DNA from: Candidatus Poribacteria bacterium
GTDB taxonomy: Bacteria; Poribacteria; WGA-4E; WGA-3G
Length of the DNA: 64,000 nt
Direction of reading: 5' to 3'
NCBI GenBank assembly: GCA_963663765.2
Contig: CAXXUA010000005.1
Location: forward strand, 640,001 to 704,000
Shown: positions 1 through 8,539 of the stretch, one piece after another
Position numbering within the stretch: position 1 is the stretch's first letter
How the letters are laid out: every line of letters starts with the position of its first letter
Position numbers and translations under genes: made by a program
Notes under the pieces: generated by a model
What the model saw: only the letters and a program-made list of their open reading frames with translations
What the model was told of the DNA's origin: nothing
Database searches by the model: none

Positions 1-57
1 GTAAAAATAATTGTATATTTCACTATAAAAGAAGTATCTAAAGTTTCTATCAAAGCT

Positions 58-1372
58 CAGGGTTATTTAGTTTTAAAAACTCTCAGTTATCAAGTTAACT
101 GCGAGTTTAGGTTTTGAAGCTAAGTATTTTATCTCATCTGCTATACGCGTTATCCCAGCAAATCGCAACACTGCTAAGGCTGTATTTCGCAAAGCAGCCA
201 TGATTTGTGGAATAGCACCGCATCGGACAGACGATGCGTCTTCTCCAAGTTGAGTATCACGCATCCAATGCGACTTGTTCTCTATTGACCAATGCCCACG
301 GCGTAGCTCAAGTAAACGTTGGGCAGAAGTTTCTTCGGGTGTCAGACTTGTAATACCATAATGGATTTTGGTTTTTTCTTCTCCTGTTTTCGTGTTTTTG
401 TAAGTATAACGATATTGGAACACTTGTGCTATACCTGGCCAATCCAGATATGCGTTGAGACTTGTGCTTGCTTTCAAACACCTTGTCTCTATTCTACCAT
501 GTGATTTTTCAGAAGTCTCGTGAGTGTAAATAGGGGCTCCCAATTTAGGATGTGGTGTGTTATCAGAAAGCGTGTCTGGAACGTCTTGAAAGAGTTTTTG
601 GATCTCATCGTAAAGGTCCGGTTGGTTCTTTTTGACAGGGAGCACATAGTCTCCATTACCCTCTATGATGGCGTGGCAGAAAGGTCGCTGTGTCAAAAGT
701 GCGTCTGTTGTGATGACTTTACCACTCACATCAAAGTTTTTGAGGATCTCTGTTGAGATCGGTATTTCGTTGGTTTTATCACTGACACCTTTTTGTGTCA
801 GTGTGACGCCTAACTCATGAGACACAACAGAGAGTAAATGGCTTATTGTCGCACCACTTTTCTTACTGGCACGCATCGTTTTACCGTCTATAGCGACTGC
901 GTCAAGACAACCTTCTAAATCAGGTCGATTTTTACAAACGTCTTCTACCCAGTCTGTAAATGTCTTTTCAACAGCATCAGCATCTAAATCTTTTAGAACA
1001 TTATGTATTGTTGCGGGACAAGGTGTTTTCTTGTGTGTAAAACCGAGTGTCCTTGCGAGGTTTGGTTGGGTTCGGGCCCAAGTTGCGATGGATGTATATC
1101 CTTTATGTCCAGTCATAAAACCAATAAGGACAAGTCCGAGGATTGAGTTCAGTGGGTGTCGTTTTCCTTTATTGTTGCGCGGGTCTTGAATTTCTGCTAA
1201 TCTATCTAACAAGTGTCGAGAGTTTTTCTCTGGCATTTTTCACCTCAAAGGTAAGATTTTTTAGGTGAAGTATAGCAGATATAGCGCGATAAATCACGCT
1301 ATATCTGCATATCCAAAAATATTAACGATTGTGATAAAAAACAACCAAAACTCCTAAAACTAAATAACCCTG
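58..1372 (-). mobile_element. ISAs1-family insertion sequence, copy 1 (1315 bp)
   Basis: TIR CAGGGTTATTTAGTTTTA at 58 and its complement ending 1372; 9-bp TSD ATCAAAGCT (49-57, 1373-1381); near-identical to 61841-63155. Confidence 0.95.
73..1236 (-). CDS. ISAs1-family transposase
   Basis: DPR..GKRHPL N-terminus, AIDGKT, NEIP, TDALLTQ, HGRIETR, RGHWSIENKSHWMRD motifs. Confidence 0.95.
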   Translation of the reverse strand: MPEKNSRHLLDRLAEIQDPRNNKGKRHPLNSILGLVLIGFMTGHKGYTSIATWARTQPNLARTLGFTHKKTPCPATIHNVLKDLDADAVEKTFTDWVEDVCKNRPDLEGCLDAVAIDGKTMRASKKSGATISHLLSVVSHELGVTLTQKGVSDKTNEIPISTEILKNFDVSGKVITTDALLTQRPFCHAIIEGNGDYVLPVKKNQPDLYDEIQKLFQDVPDTLSDNTPHPKLGAPIYTHETSEKSHGRIETRCLKASTSLNAYLDWPGIAQVFQYRYTYKNTKTGEEKTKIHYGITSLTPEETSAQRLLELRRGHWSIENKSHWMRDTQLGEDASSVRCGAIPQIMAALRNTALAVLRFAGITRIADEIKYLASKPKLAVNLITESF

Positions 1373-1409
1373 ATCAAAGCTTGCTTGACGTAAGGGAACT
1401 GTGGACATC

Positions 1410-1633
1410 GTAGGGGCGAGGTTTCCTCACCTACGTAAAACCTCTGTTTGGGCGGGGAGACCCCGCCCCATAGGCGTCAATTTAAGAAAAAAGTGTTGGT
1501 GTTTCTCTTGTGGGAGGGGTTTTCAACCCCGATTTGAGAGGAAAAGCGCGTAAAATCGGGGTTGAAAACCCCTCCCACAAGAGATCAAAATCCTTAAATT
1601 GACGCTTATGGGGCGGGGAGACCCCGCCCCTAC
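1410..1633. repeat. Cluster of GTAG-type REP-like hairpins containing a MITE
   Basis: GTAGGGGCGAGGTTTCCTCACC and two GGGCGGGGAGACCCCGCCC palindromes flanking the 1473-1606 element. Confidence 0.7.
1473..1606. mobile_element. MITE with TIR GGCGTCAATTTAAG/CTTAAATTGACGCT and TA on both flanks
   Basis: 14-bp TIR with 1 mismatch; internal inverted GTGGGAGGGGTTTTCAACCCCGA pair; related partial copy at 37183-37318. Confidence 0.7.
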
Positions 1634-1660
1634 GCACAGTAACCAAAACTTTACACACCC

Positions 1661-1702
1661 GATTTCCGCTGCTAATGAGACATTATCACATGAAATCTGG
1701 TA
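1661..1702 (+). mobile_element. Truncated right end of the 154-bp TACCA MITE
   Basis: GATTTCCGCTGCTAATGAGACATTATCACATGAAA matches the 3' part of 4362-4515. Confidence 0.75.
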
Positions 1703-1876
1703 TAATATCTCCCAAATTTTATGTCTTCAATCAGCAATAAATTAACTTGATAGCATCAAGAATATAGTGTAAACTGAAGCATACTTAGTAAACACAACAT
1801 ATCATCCTAAGGTAAGCTTACTTATGATGATAATCCACAAAGTACTTCCTTGTTCTACAGAAATGGGATAATTCCA

Positions 1877-3205
1877 ATGCAAAAACCCAATATTATTTAC
1901 ATTCATTCTCATGACACAGGAAGGTATGTTCAACCCTATGGACATGCAATTCCTACGCCAAACATACAAAAATTAGCAGAGGAAGGAGTTTTATTCCGAA
2001 ACGCCTTCTGTGCAAACCCAACCTGTTCTCCTTCCCGTGCTGCACTACTTACTGGACAATATGCTCATAGCTGCGGGATGGGTGGACTCGCAAACCGTGG
2101 TTGGAGTCTACCCGTACCTGAACATCTCATCCCATATACACTAAATGATGCCGGTTATGTGACTGCATTAGCAGGTTTCCAGCATGTTGTCCGAAAAGTG
2201 CAGGATACAGGTTACAAGCGAATCTTAGCACAGGAATACGGAAATGCTGGAGCAGAACAACGCGCTTGTCAGTTCCTTGACGAAAAACCGAATGAACCAT
2301 TCTTCTTAGACATTGGATTTAGCGAGACACATCGCAAAGCAAAAGGTTTTGATTCGCCTCCAGATGGTGAACCAAAGACAGACCCACGCTACGTTAAGCC
2401 TCCACCAACATTCCCTGACAATCCCACGACACGGCAGGATATGGCAGAATATATTGACGCTGCACGTAGACTCGATATGAAAATGGGAAAAGTATTTGAT
2501 GCGTTGGAAAATAATGGTCTTGCAGAAAATACACTTGTGATTTGTACAACAGACCACGGATTAGCTTTTCCTCGTATGAAATGTCACGTTACCGATCACG
2601 GAATCGGTGTGATGTTGATTGTCCGAGGTCCCGGTGGGTTTGATGGAGGAAAAGTCGTCGACGGGTTAGTTAGTCAAATTGATCTTTTTCCGACTATCTG
2701 TGAATTGGCTGAGATTGAAGAACCTAAGTGGTTACAGGGACATTCTATGGTACCACTTGTTCGTGGTGAGGCTGACGATATCCGAGATGCTATATTTGCT
2801 GAAGTGAATTATCACTGTTGTTATGAACCACAACGTGCAATACGTACAAAAAGATGGAAATATATACGACGATTTGATGACGCGGAAAAGTGGGCGTTAC
2901 CTAATTGTGACGACAGCATCAGTAAATCATATATGCTGGAAAATGATTGGGCAAATCTACCTGTGGAATCAGAACGACTATATGATGTTGTCTTTGATCC
3001 ATCTGAAGCACACAACCTTGTAGGTGATCCTAATTATACAGAAGTGTTAACAGAAATGCGTAGTCGTTTGGAACAATGGAGAGTAGAGACTGATGACCCT
3101 GTCAATGAAAATCAGATAATGGTACCGCCAGAAACCGCAGTCTTAAATGATCCATCAGATGTTTCACCAAGGGACAAAAGTTATCCAGCAACAGAGATTC
3201 TCTGA
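1877..3205 (+). CDS. Sulfatase (FGly-dependent, Cys-type; N-sulfoglucosamine sulfohydrolase-like)
   Basis: KPNIIYIHSHD, CSPSRAALLTG signature, TTDHG; ATG at 1877 chosen. Confidence 0.9.
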   Translation: MQKPNIIYIHSHDTGRYVQPYGHAIPTPNIQKLAEEGVLFRNAFCANPTCSPSRAALLTGQYAHSCGMGGLANRGWSLPVPEHLIPYTLNDAGYVTALAGFQHVVRKVQDTGYKRILAQEYGNAGAEQRACQFLDEKPNEPFFLDIGFSETHRKAKGFDSPPDGEPKTDPRYVKPPPTFPDNPTTRQDMAEYIDAARRLDMKMGKVFDALENNGLAENTLVICTTDHGLAFPRMKCHVTDHGIGVMLIVRGPGGFDGGKVVDGLVSQIDLFPTICELAEIEEPKWLQGHSMVPLVRGEADDIRDAIFAEVNYHCCYEPQRAIRTKRWKYIRRFDDAEKWALPNCDDSISKSYMLENDWANLPVESERLYDVVFDPSEAHNLVGDPNYTEVLTEMRSRLEQWRVETDDPVNENQIMVPPETAVLNDPSDVSPRDKSYPATEIL

Positions 3206-3546
3206 TCTTCAGATATGGATTCAAGGTTAGGTTTTTCGTTTTCTAACGGTACAATCGAAAGCCGGCAACCAAGTGCATTGAGGATAGTACCGAGTGTGTC
3301 AATATGTGGTGCTTTATCGCTTGAAAGTATCTTTAGCAAAGCATCTGGAGACATGTGTGTCCGCTTTGCCAACTCGGTAATACCGCCATGAGCTTCTGCA
3401 ACAACTTTAAGTCCGCTTTGCAACGTAGTTACGTTCTCATAGATTTGGTATTCATCCATTATAGCATCAAGAAAATGTATTGTTTCATCACGATTCATGG
3501 AAAGTCGTTCAGTCAGATATTTACGCCAATCAGATTTCTTTTTCAT
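3181..3546 (-). CDS. Addiction-module antidote (HigA/HI1420-like HTH antitoxin)
   Basis: VAEAHGGITELAKRT..L.KILS...PHIDTL..ILNALG pattern; ATG overlaps upstream toxin stop (ATGA). Confidence 0.85.
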   Translation of the reverse strand: MKKKSDWRKYLTERLSMNRDETIHFLDAIMDEYQIYENVTTLQSGLKVVAEAHGGITELAKRTHMSPDALLKILSSDKAPHIDTLGTILNALGCRLSIVPLENEKPNLESISEDQRISVAG

Positions 3547-3881
3547 CGTTGCGTCTCCTTGAAATCTCTCCAAAAAGTTTTTGCACGTTCAATGTCGCGT
3601 TGCTGAGATGTCTTATCGCCACCACATAATAAAAGAATGATCGTGTTATCCACTTCACCAAAATAAATACGATAACCTTTACCGACATGTATTCGTAACT
3701 CATACACTCCTCTACCCACTGATTTGTAATCACCTAAATTACCTGATTCAAGTGAAATTAGCCGTGCTTCTATCCTTCCTTGTGCCCTTATATCTCGTAA
3801 TGATTCAAACCAATCGGTGAAAGGTGCTCTCCCGTTCTATGTTCTATAGAATTCTAATTCTCGTGGTCGTGTTTCAGGCAT
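3543..3881 (-). pseudogene. RelE/HigB-like addiction-module toxin (HI1419-like) with in-frame TAG at codon 15
   Basis: My translation: MPETRPRELEFYRT*NGRAPFTDWFESLRD..GNLGDYKSVGRGVYELRIHVGKGYRIYFG..LLLCGGDKTSQQRDIERAK; TAG at 3837-3839. Confidence 0.85.
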
Positions 3882-4008
3882 TGAGTTATGTTGCGATGAT
3901 CTCCATGTTAGTATCTATTATACCAAATTAACGGAATTTATCTTTTTCCAACGGTAGGTGCGGTTTCCTAACCGCACACTTAGCAAGACGGATTACGTTA
4001 ATTGGGTA

Positions 4009-4346
4009 TTACTTGGTATCTGTATTTGAACAAGCGATGTCGGTTTGTAACGGTTCAATTGAAAGTTGACAACCAAGTGCATTGAGGATAGTACCGAGTG
4101 TGTCAATATGTGGTGCCTTATCGCTTGAAAGTATCTTTAGCAAAGCATCTGGAGACATGTGTGTTCGCTTTGCCAACTCGCTAATACCGCCTTGAGCTTC
4201 TGCAACGTTTTTTATACCTTCAAGAAGAAAGGTGTATCACCATCACCTTGATATTCTTCTAATGCTACATCAAGATAACCAATCGCGTCTTCTCGGTTAG
4301 CAAGTTCTTCCATTAAATTTTCATGCAAAGTTCTAAACTTTTTCAT
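4009..4346 (-). pseudogene. Second HigA/HI1420-like antitoxin, single-base frameshift near 4220
   Basis: MKKFRTLHENL..YLDVALEEY..DTPFFL then shifted frame GIKNVAEAQGGISELAKRT; 3' block nearly identical to 3266-3403. Confidence 0.8.
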
Positions 4347-4361
4347 GTGTGTGTTTCCTTA

Positions 4362-4515
4362 TACCAATTCAAATAAATCTTGTCTCATTAAGGAATTCTA
4401 CTGTTTACTGGCAGGGGGTTACTCTCTTCGGTAGGAGCGACCTCCCGGTCGCGACCGGGAGGTCGCTCCTACCAGATTTCCGCTGCTAATGAGACATTAT
4501 CACATGAAAATGGTA
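4362..4515 (+). mobile_element. 154-bp MITE (TACCA...TGGTA ends, TTA flanks)
   Basis: Same 154 bp at 7455 (reverse), 25777 and 36343; internal GGTAGGAGCGACC..GGTCGCTCCTACC palindrome. Confidence 0.9.
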
Positions 4516-4518
4516 TTA

Positions 4519-4788
4519 CAATGTCTGTCTATTACCGACGCGGCGTAAGAATCAAAAGCACAATATCCAAAAAAGTTTCGCAAACTCCATCAAAGAATAA
4601 GAAGAAGGATTGAGACAACGATTAGTCAACTGACCCAACAGTTCAATGTTTCACGAATACGTGCGCGTTCTCATTGGGGAATGCTGACACGATTCAACAA
4701 TAAGTTTGCGGGTTTTACACTCGGTGTCTTCTTGAACAAATGTTTAGGACGCAAGTTGATGGCATTAAAGGATGTCGTCCACGCATAA
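4519..4788 (+). pseudogene. IS982-family transposase 3' remnant
   Basis: Translates LPTRRKNQ / RIRRRIETTISQLTQQFNVSRIRARSHWG; RRIET.xSQL is typical of IS982 transposases. Confidence 0.7.
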
Positions 4789-4865
4789 ACTTACATAATA
4801 GAATTTGTTGTATTACATATGGTCATTTAGCACAAGTCGTTAATAAAGAAAACTGGCTGCAAAAA

Positions 4866-4915
4866 CTTTACTGTTATGCTTGTCTCAATCCTTTACTGTT
4901 ATGCTTGTCTCAATC
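4866..4915 (+). repeat. Perfect 25-bp tandem duplication
   Basis: CTTTACTGTTATGCTTGTCTCAATC x2. Confidence 0.9.
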
Positions 4916-5120
4916 AAGATAATTTAGTATAACACGTTTACTCTCGTGCGCTAATTTTAAATAGGTAACGAATAACATCTGAAGATCGATTTCAACAATA
5001 AAGAGCTTCTTAAAATTCACTTGTCTAATTGCACTATACATGATACGATAATATTATTCTAATGTAGCATAACTTGTTAGGTTGTACCATTACTCATGTT
5101 TATGGAAGGAGAATGTGATA

Positions 5121-5924
5121 ATGCGGCACGAACTCACCGCAGAACAAATTGTTTTTTATCAGGAAAACGGATACCTTGTCATTGAGAATTTTCTTTGCCC
5201 TGACGAATTAGTAGAATGGCGGAGATGCACGGATGAAGCAGTAACAGACCGACTCGGAAACTCAGTTGAAATTATGACTAACCAACTGGACCCAGCGAAT
5301 TTTTATGCACATGTCTTTACGCAGTGCTTACGTCTATCCGATACTCACCCAGGTATGCGAAAGTTAGTGCATGACCCCAAAATTGGACAGATGGCAACGC
5401 AATTAGCAGGTACTGAAGGTATGCGAATTTGGCATGACCAAGCACTCATTAAACCACCCAACGGAAACCCAACTGCATGGCACCTTGATGTCCCATATTG
5501 GTCGTTTGACTCACATAATGCGGTTTCGTTCTGGGTTGCATTGGATGACGCAACATTAGGAAATGGTTGTATGTGGTATATACCTGGTACACACAAGACT
5601 GCTCGTTTTGATAATGTCGGCATTGGTGAAAACATCGGTGCATTATTTAAAGTATATCCTGAATGGAAAGAACTTGAACCTCAATCTGCTCCATGTCCAG
5701 CGGGGTCTATGGTCTGGCACAATGGATTAGTTGCACACGGGGCTGGAGCAAATATGACGTTTTCACATCGTAGAGCGATGACATGTGGGTTCATGCCTGA
5801 TGGATGCACCTTTAATGGAAAAAGAAACATCCTCCCTGAACCATACTTCAACTCATTAAAAGTTGGGGACGTACTCAACGACGATGTACAGAATACACTT
5901 GTCTGGCACAACGATTGGACTTAG
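5121..5924 (+). CDS. PhyH-family Fe(II)/2-oxoglutarate dioxygenase
   Basis: FYQENGYLV, WHLD, NGCMWYIPGTH, distal HGAG; AAGGAG RBS before ATG 5121. Confidence 0.9.
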   Translation: MRHELTAEQIVFYQENGYLVIENFLCPDELVEWRRCTDEAVTDRLGNSVEIMTNQLDPANFYAHVFTQCLRLSDTHPGMRKLVHDPKIGQMATQLAGTEGMRIWHDQALIKPPNGNPTAWHLDVPYWSFDSHNAVSFWVALDDATLGNGCMWYIPGTHKTARFDNVGIGENIGALFKVYPEWKELEPQSAPCPAGSMVWHNGLVAHGAGANMTFSHRRAMTCGFMPDGCTFNGKRNILPEPYFNSLKVGDVLNDDVQNTLVWHNDWT

Positions 5925-5979
5925 ATAGAATTATTAGCATCACTTGACAATTATAATTAGGAAAAGGAGAAAATAGAGA

Positions 5980-7374
5980 ATGGCAAAACAACCAAATATC
6001 GTTTTATTGGGGGTTGATTCCTTACTCGCAACACACATGAGTTGCTACGGGTATCACCGAAAAACAACACCACATATTGACAAGTTTGCTGAAAGTGGTA
6101 CACTCTTTGAGAAAACATATAGCGCACACATACCAACAACAAGTGCCTACGCATCAATGCTTACCGGTATGGATACATTTGGCACACAGGTTGTTGCACT
6201 ACGACACAAAGGACCTCTCAGAGAGGAAGTGAAAACATTAGCAGAAATCCTAAGAGGAACAGGTTACGATACCACTTGTGTGGGATTCGGAGGACCAAGT
6301 GCCCGAGGTTTCGACACCTATCTTGATTACGCAAATTGGGGTGCGGATGAAACTGGACGCAGCCCAAAGGCAGAAAACCTTAACAAAACCACACTCCCTG
6401 AGTTGAATAGGTTAATTGACCAGAGTGATGAGAAACCGTTTTTCCTGTTCCTACGACACATGGACCCACATTCACCTTACTTGCCTCCTGCCCCCTATGA
6501 ACGCATGTTCTACCACGGAGATGAGTGTGATCCAAACAATAAATCTATGGAACCTGTGATGTCATTCAAACCGTTCTGCGATTACTTTGCCTCATGGATG
6601 CCTGTAGGTATAACAGATAAAGATTACGTCATTGCACAATATGATGGTGCAGTCGCATATATGGACGCTTGTATTCAAACACTCTTTAATGCTCTTGAAA
6701 CACGTGGGATGTTGGACAATACAATCGTTATTCTGAATGGTGACCACGGAGAAACCCTCTATGACCACGAATGTTGGTTCGACCACCACGGACTCTACGA
6801 TGTAACGTTACACGTACCGCTCATAATTCGCTATCCTGAACGTATACCAGAAGGTAAAAGAGTCTCTGGATATAACCTACATAAAGACCTTGTACCTACA
6901 CTACTTGAATTAGCAGATATTGAGACTGATATTGATTTTGATGGTAATAGTCTAACACCTCTAATTCGCGGTGAAATTGCTTCTTATGATAGCGAGTTTT
7001 ATATCACTGAATGCACATGGATGCGGAAACACGGATGGCGAACACCTGAATGGAAACTCATTGTCGCACTTGAACCCGATTTTCATTACAAACCACCCGT
7101 TGAACTCTACAATCTCATTCAAGACCCTGATGAGAATGAAAACCTTGTTCAATCACACCCCGATATTGTCAATGTATTAGAAACACGAATGAAGAATTGG
7201 ATTCTCAAACGTGAAAAGGAAACAGGATTACCAAACCCAATAATGCATCAAGGAGATTGGCACGGACACAAAGGCATAGGGGCATTCAAATCTTCTGATC
7301 AGGCATATAACACATTACATATCGGAAATCCGGGTGAAGCAGCACGTTTACAAGCAAAGTCACGGGATGAATAG
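5980..7374 (+). CDS. Sulfatase-like alkaline-phosphatase-superfamily hydrolase lacking the CxPxR motif
   Basis: PNIVLLGVDSL, PTTSAYASMLTG in place of CxPxR..LTG, DPHSPY, GDHGE, HHGLY. Confidence 0.85.
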   Translation: MAKQPNIVLLGVDSLLATHMSCYGYHRKTTPHIDKFAESGTLFEKTYSAHIPTTSAYASMLTGMDTFGTQVVALRHKGPLREEVKTLAEILRGTGYDTTCVGFGGPSARGFDTYLDYANWGADETGRSPKAENLNKTTLPELNRLIDQSDEKPFFLFLRHMDPHSPYLPPAPYERMFYHGDECDPNNKSMEPVMSFKPFCDYFASWMPVGITDKDYVIAQYDGAVAYMDACIQTLFNALETRGMLDNTIVILNGDHGETLYDHECWFDHHGLYDVTLHVPLIIRYPERIPEGKRVSGYNLHKDLVPTLLELADIETDIDFDGNSLTPLIRGEIASYDSEFYITECTWMRKHGWRTPEWKLIVALEPDFHYKPPVELYNLIQDPDENENLVQSHPDIVNVLETRMKNWILKREKETGLPNPIMHQGDWHGHKGIGAFKSSDQAYNTLHIGNPGEAARLQAKSRDE

Positions 7375-7454
7375 CAATTAGTTATCAGTTGTCAGTTGTC
7401 AGTAACGAGATTTCAGATTTATACTCATGCTTCTTACTAACAAATGACAACTAA

Positions 7455-7608
7455 TACCATTTTCATGTGATAATGTCTCATTAGCAGCGGAAATCTGGTA
7501 GGAGCGCCCTTCCGGTCGCGACCGTGAGGGCGCTCCTACCGAAGAGAGTAACCCCCTGCCAGTAAACAGTAGCATTCCTTAATGAGACAAGATATATTTG
7601 AATTGGTA
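7455..7608 (-). mobile_element. 154-bp TACCA MITE (reverse orientation)
   Basis: TAA on both flanks; reverse complement of 4362-4515; lands in a TGACAAC-type heptamer tract. Confidence 0.9.
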
Positions 7609-7643
7609 TAACAACTGACAACCATTAAAAAAAGGAAAACGAA

Positions 7644-8465
7644 ATGCCAGATTACACACGAGATGAGGTATTAGCACAACTTAGGTCGGAGTTAGACAAA
7701 GGCAAATCCTTGCTTGCAGTTGGCGCAGGAACAGGTATAACGGCAAAATTCGCAGAAAAAGGTGGCGCAGATCTGATTGTTATTTACAACTCTGGTCGCT
7801 ATCGTATGTCAGGTTTCGGGTCATGTGCAGGACTCTTAGCATACGGTGATGCAAATGCAATTGTTATGGAGATGGGAGAACGCGAAGTTCTACCCGTTGT
7901 ACAAGAAACACCTGTTATTGCTGGTGTTAACGGGACTGACCCAACCCGGAGGATGAGCAACTTCCTAAAGCAGGTACGTGATGTAGGTTTTGACGGTGTC
8001 AATAACTTTCCTACCGTCGGCGTGATTGATGGCACTTTTCGTGTAACCCTTGAAGAAACTGGAATGGGATTCTACAAAGAAGTTGAGACAATCAACATCG
8101 CACATGAGATGGATCTGTTCACTATCGTCTATGTATTCAATCCAGAAGAAGCAGAGAACATGGCGAAGGCAGGTGCAGATGTAATTATCGCACATATGAA
8201 CACTACAGTCGGCGGCACAATCGGGGCAGAAACTGCTTTTACCCTTCAAGACGCAGCAAAGCGTGTACAAGAAATTTGTGATGCAGCAATTGCACAGAAT
8301 CCTGATGTGATCTGCTTGTCACACGGTGGTCCAATCGCAAAAGCACAAGATGCAGCGTATATCAATGAGCATACAGATACTGTTGGTTTTGTTGGTGCAT
8401 CCAGCATTGAACGATTTGCATGCGAGGAGAGTATTCCAAAAGTTACTGCTTCATTTAAAGAATGA
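7644..8465 (+). CDS. PEP hydrolase-like / Tm-1-like TIM-barrel protein
   Basis: GAGTGITAK, IYNSGRYRM, AYGDAN, NFPTVGVIDG, HGGPI, GASSIER; paralog of 60551-61378. Confidence 0.9.
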   Translation: MPDYTRDEVLAQLRSELDKGKSLLAVGAGTGITAKFAEKGGADLIVIYNSGRYRMSGFGSCAGLLAYGDANAIVMEMGEREVLPVVQETPVIAGVNGTDPTRRMSNFLKQVRDVGFDGVNNFPTVGVIDGTFRVTLEETGMGFYKEVETINIAHEMDLFTIVYVFNPEEAENMAKAGADVIIAHMNTTVGGTIGAETAFTLQDAAKRVQEICDAAIAQNPDVICLSHGGPIAKAQDAAYINEHTDTVGFVGASSIERFACEESIPKVTASFKE

Positions 8466-8539
8466 ATTTCTCATTACAAAGATATTTCTTTTTTCTTCAA
8501 TTTATCACTTAAATTCCACTTAAAAAAGGTAGTTTACAC

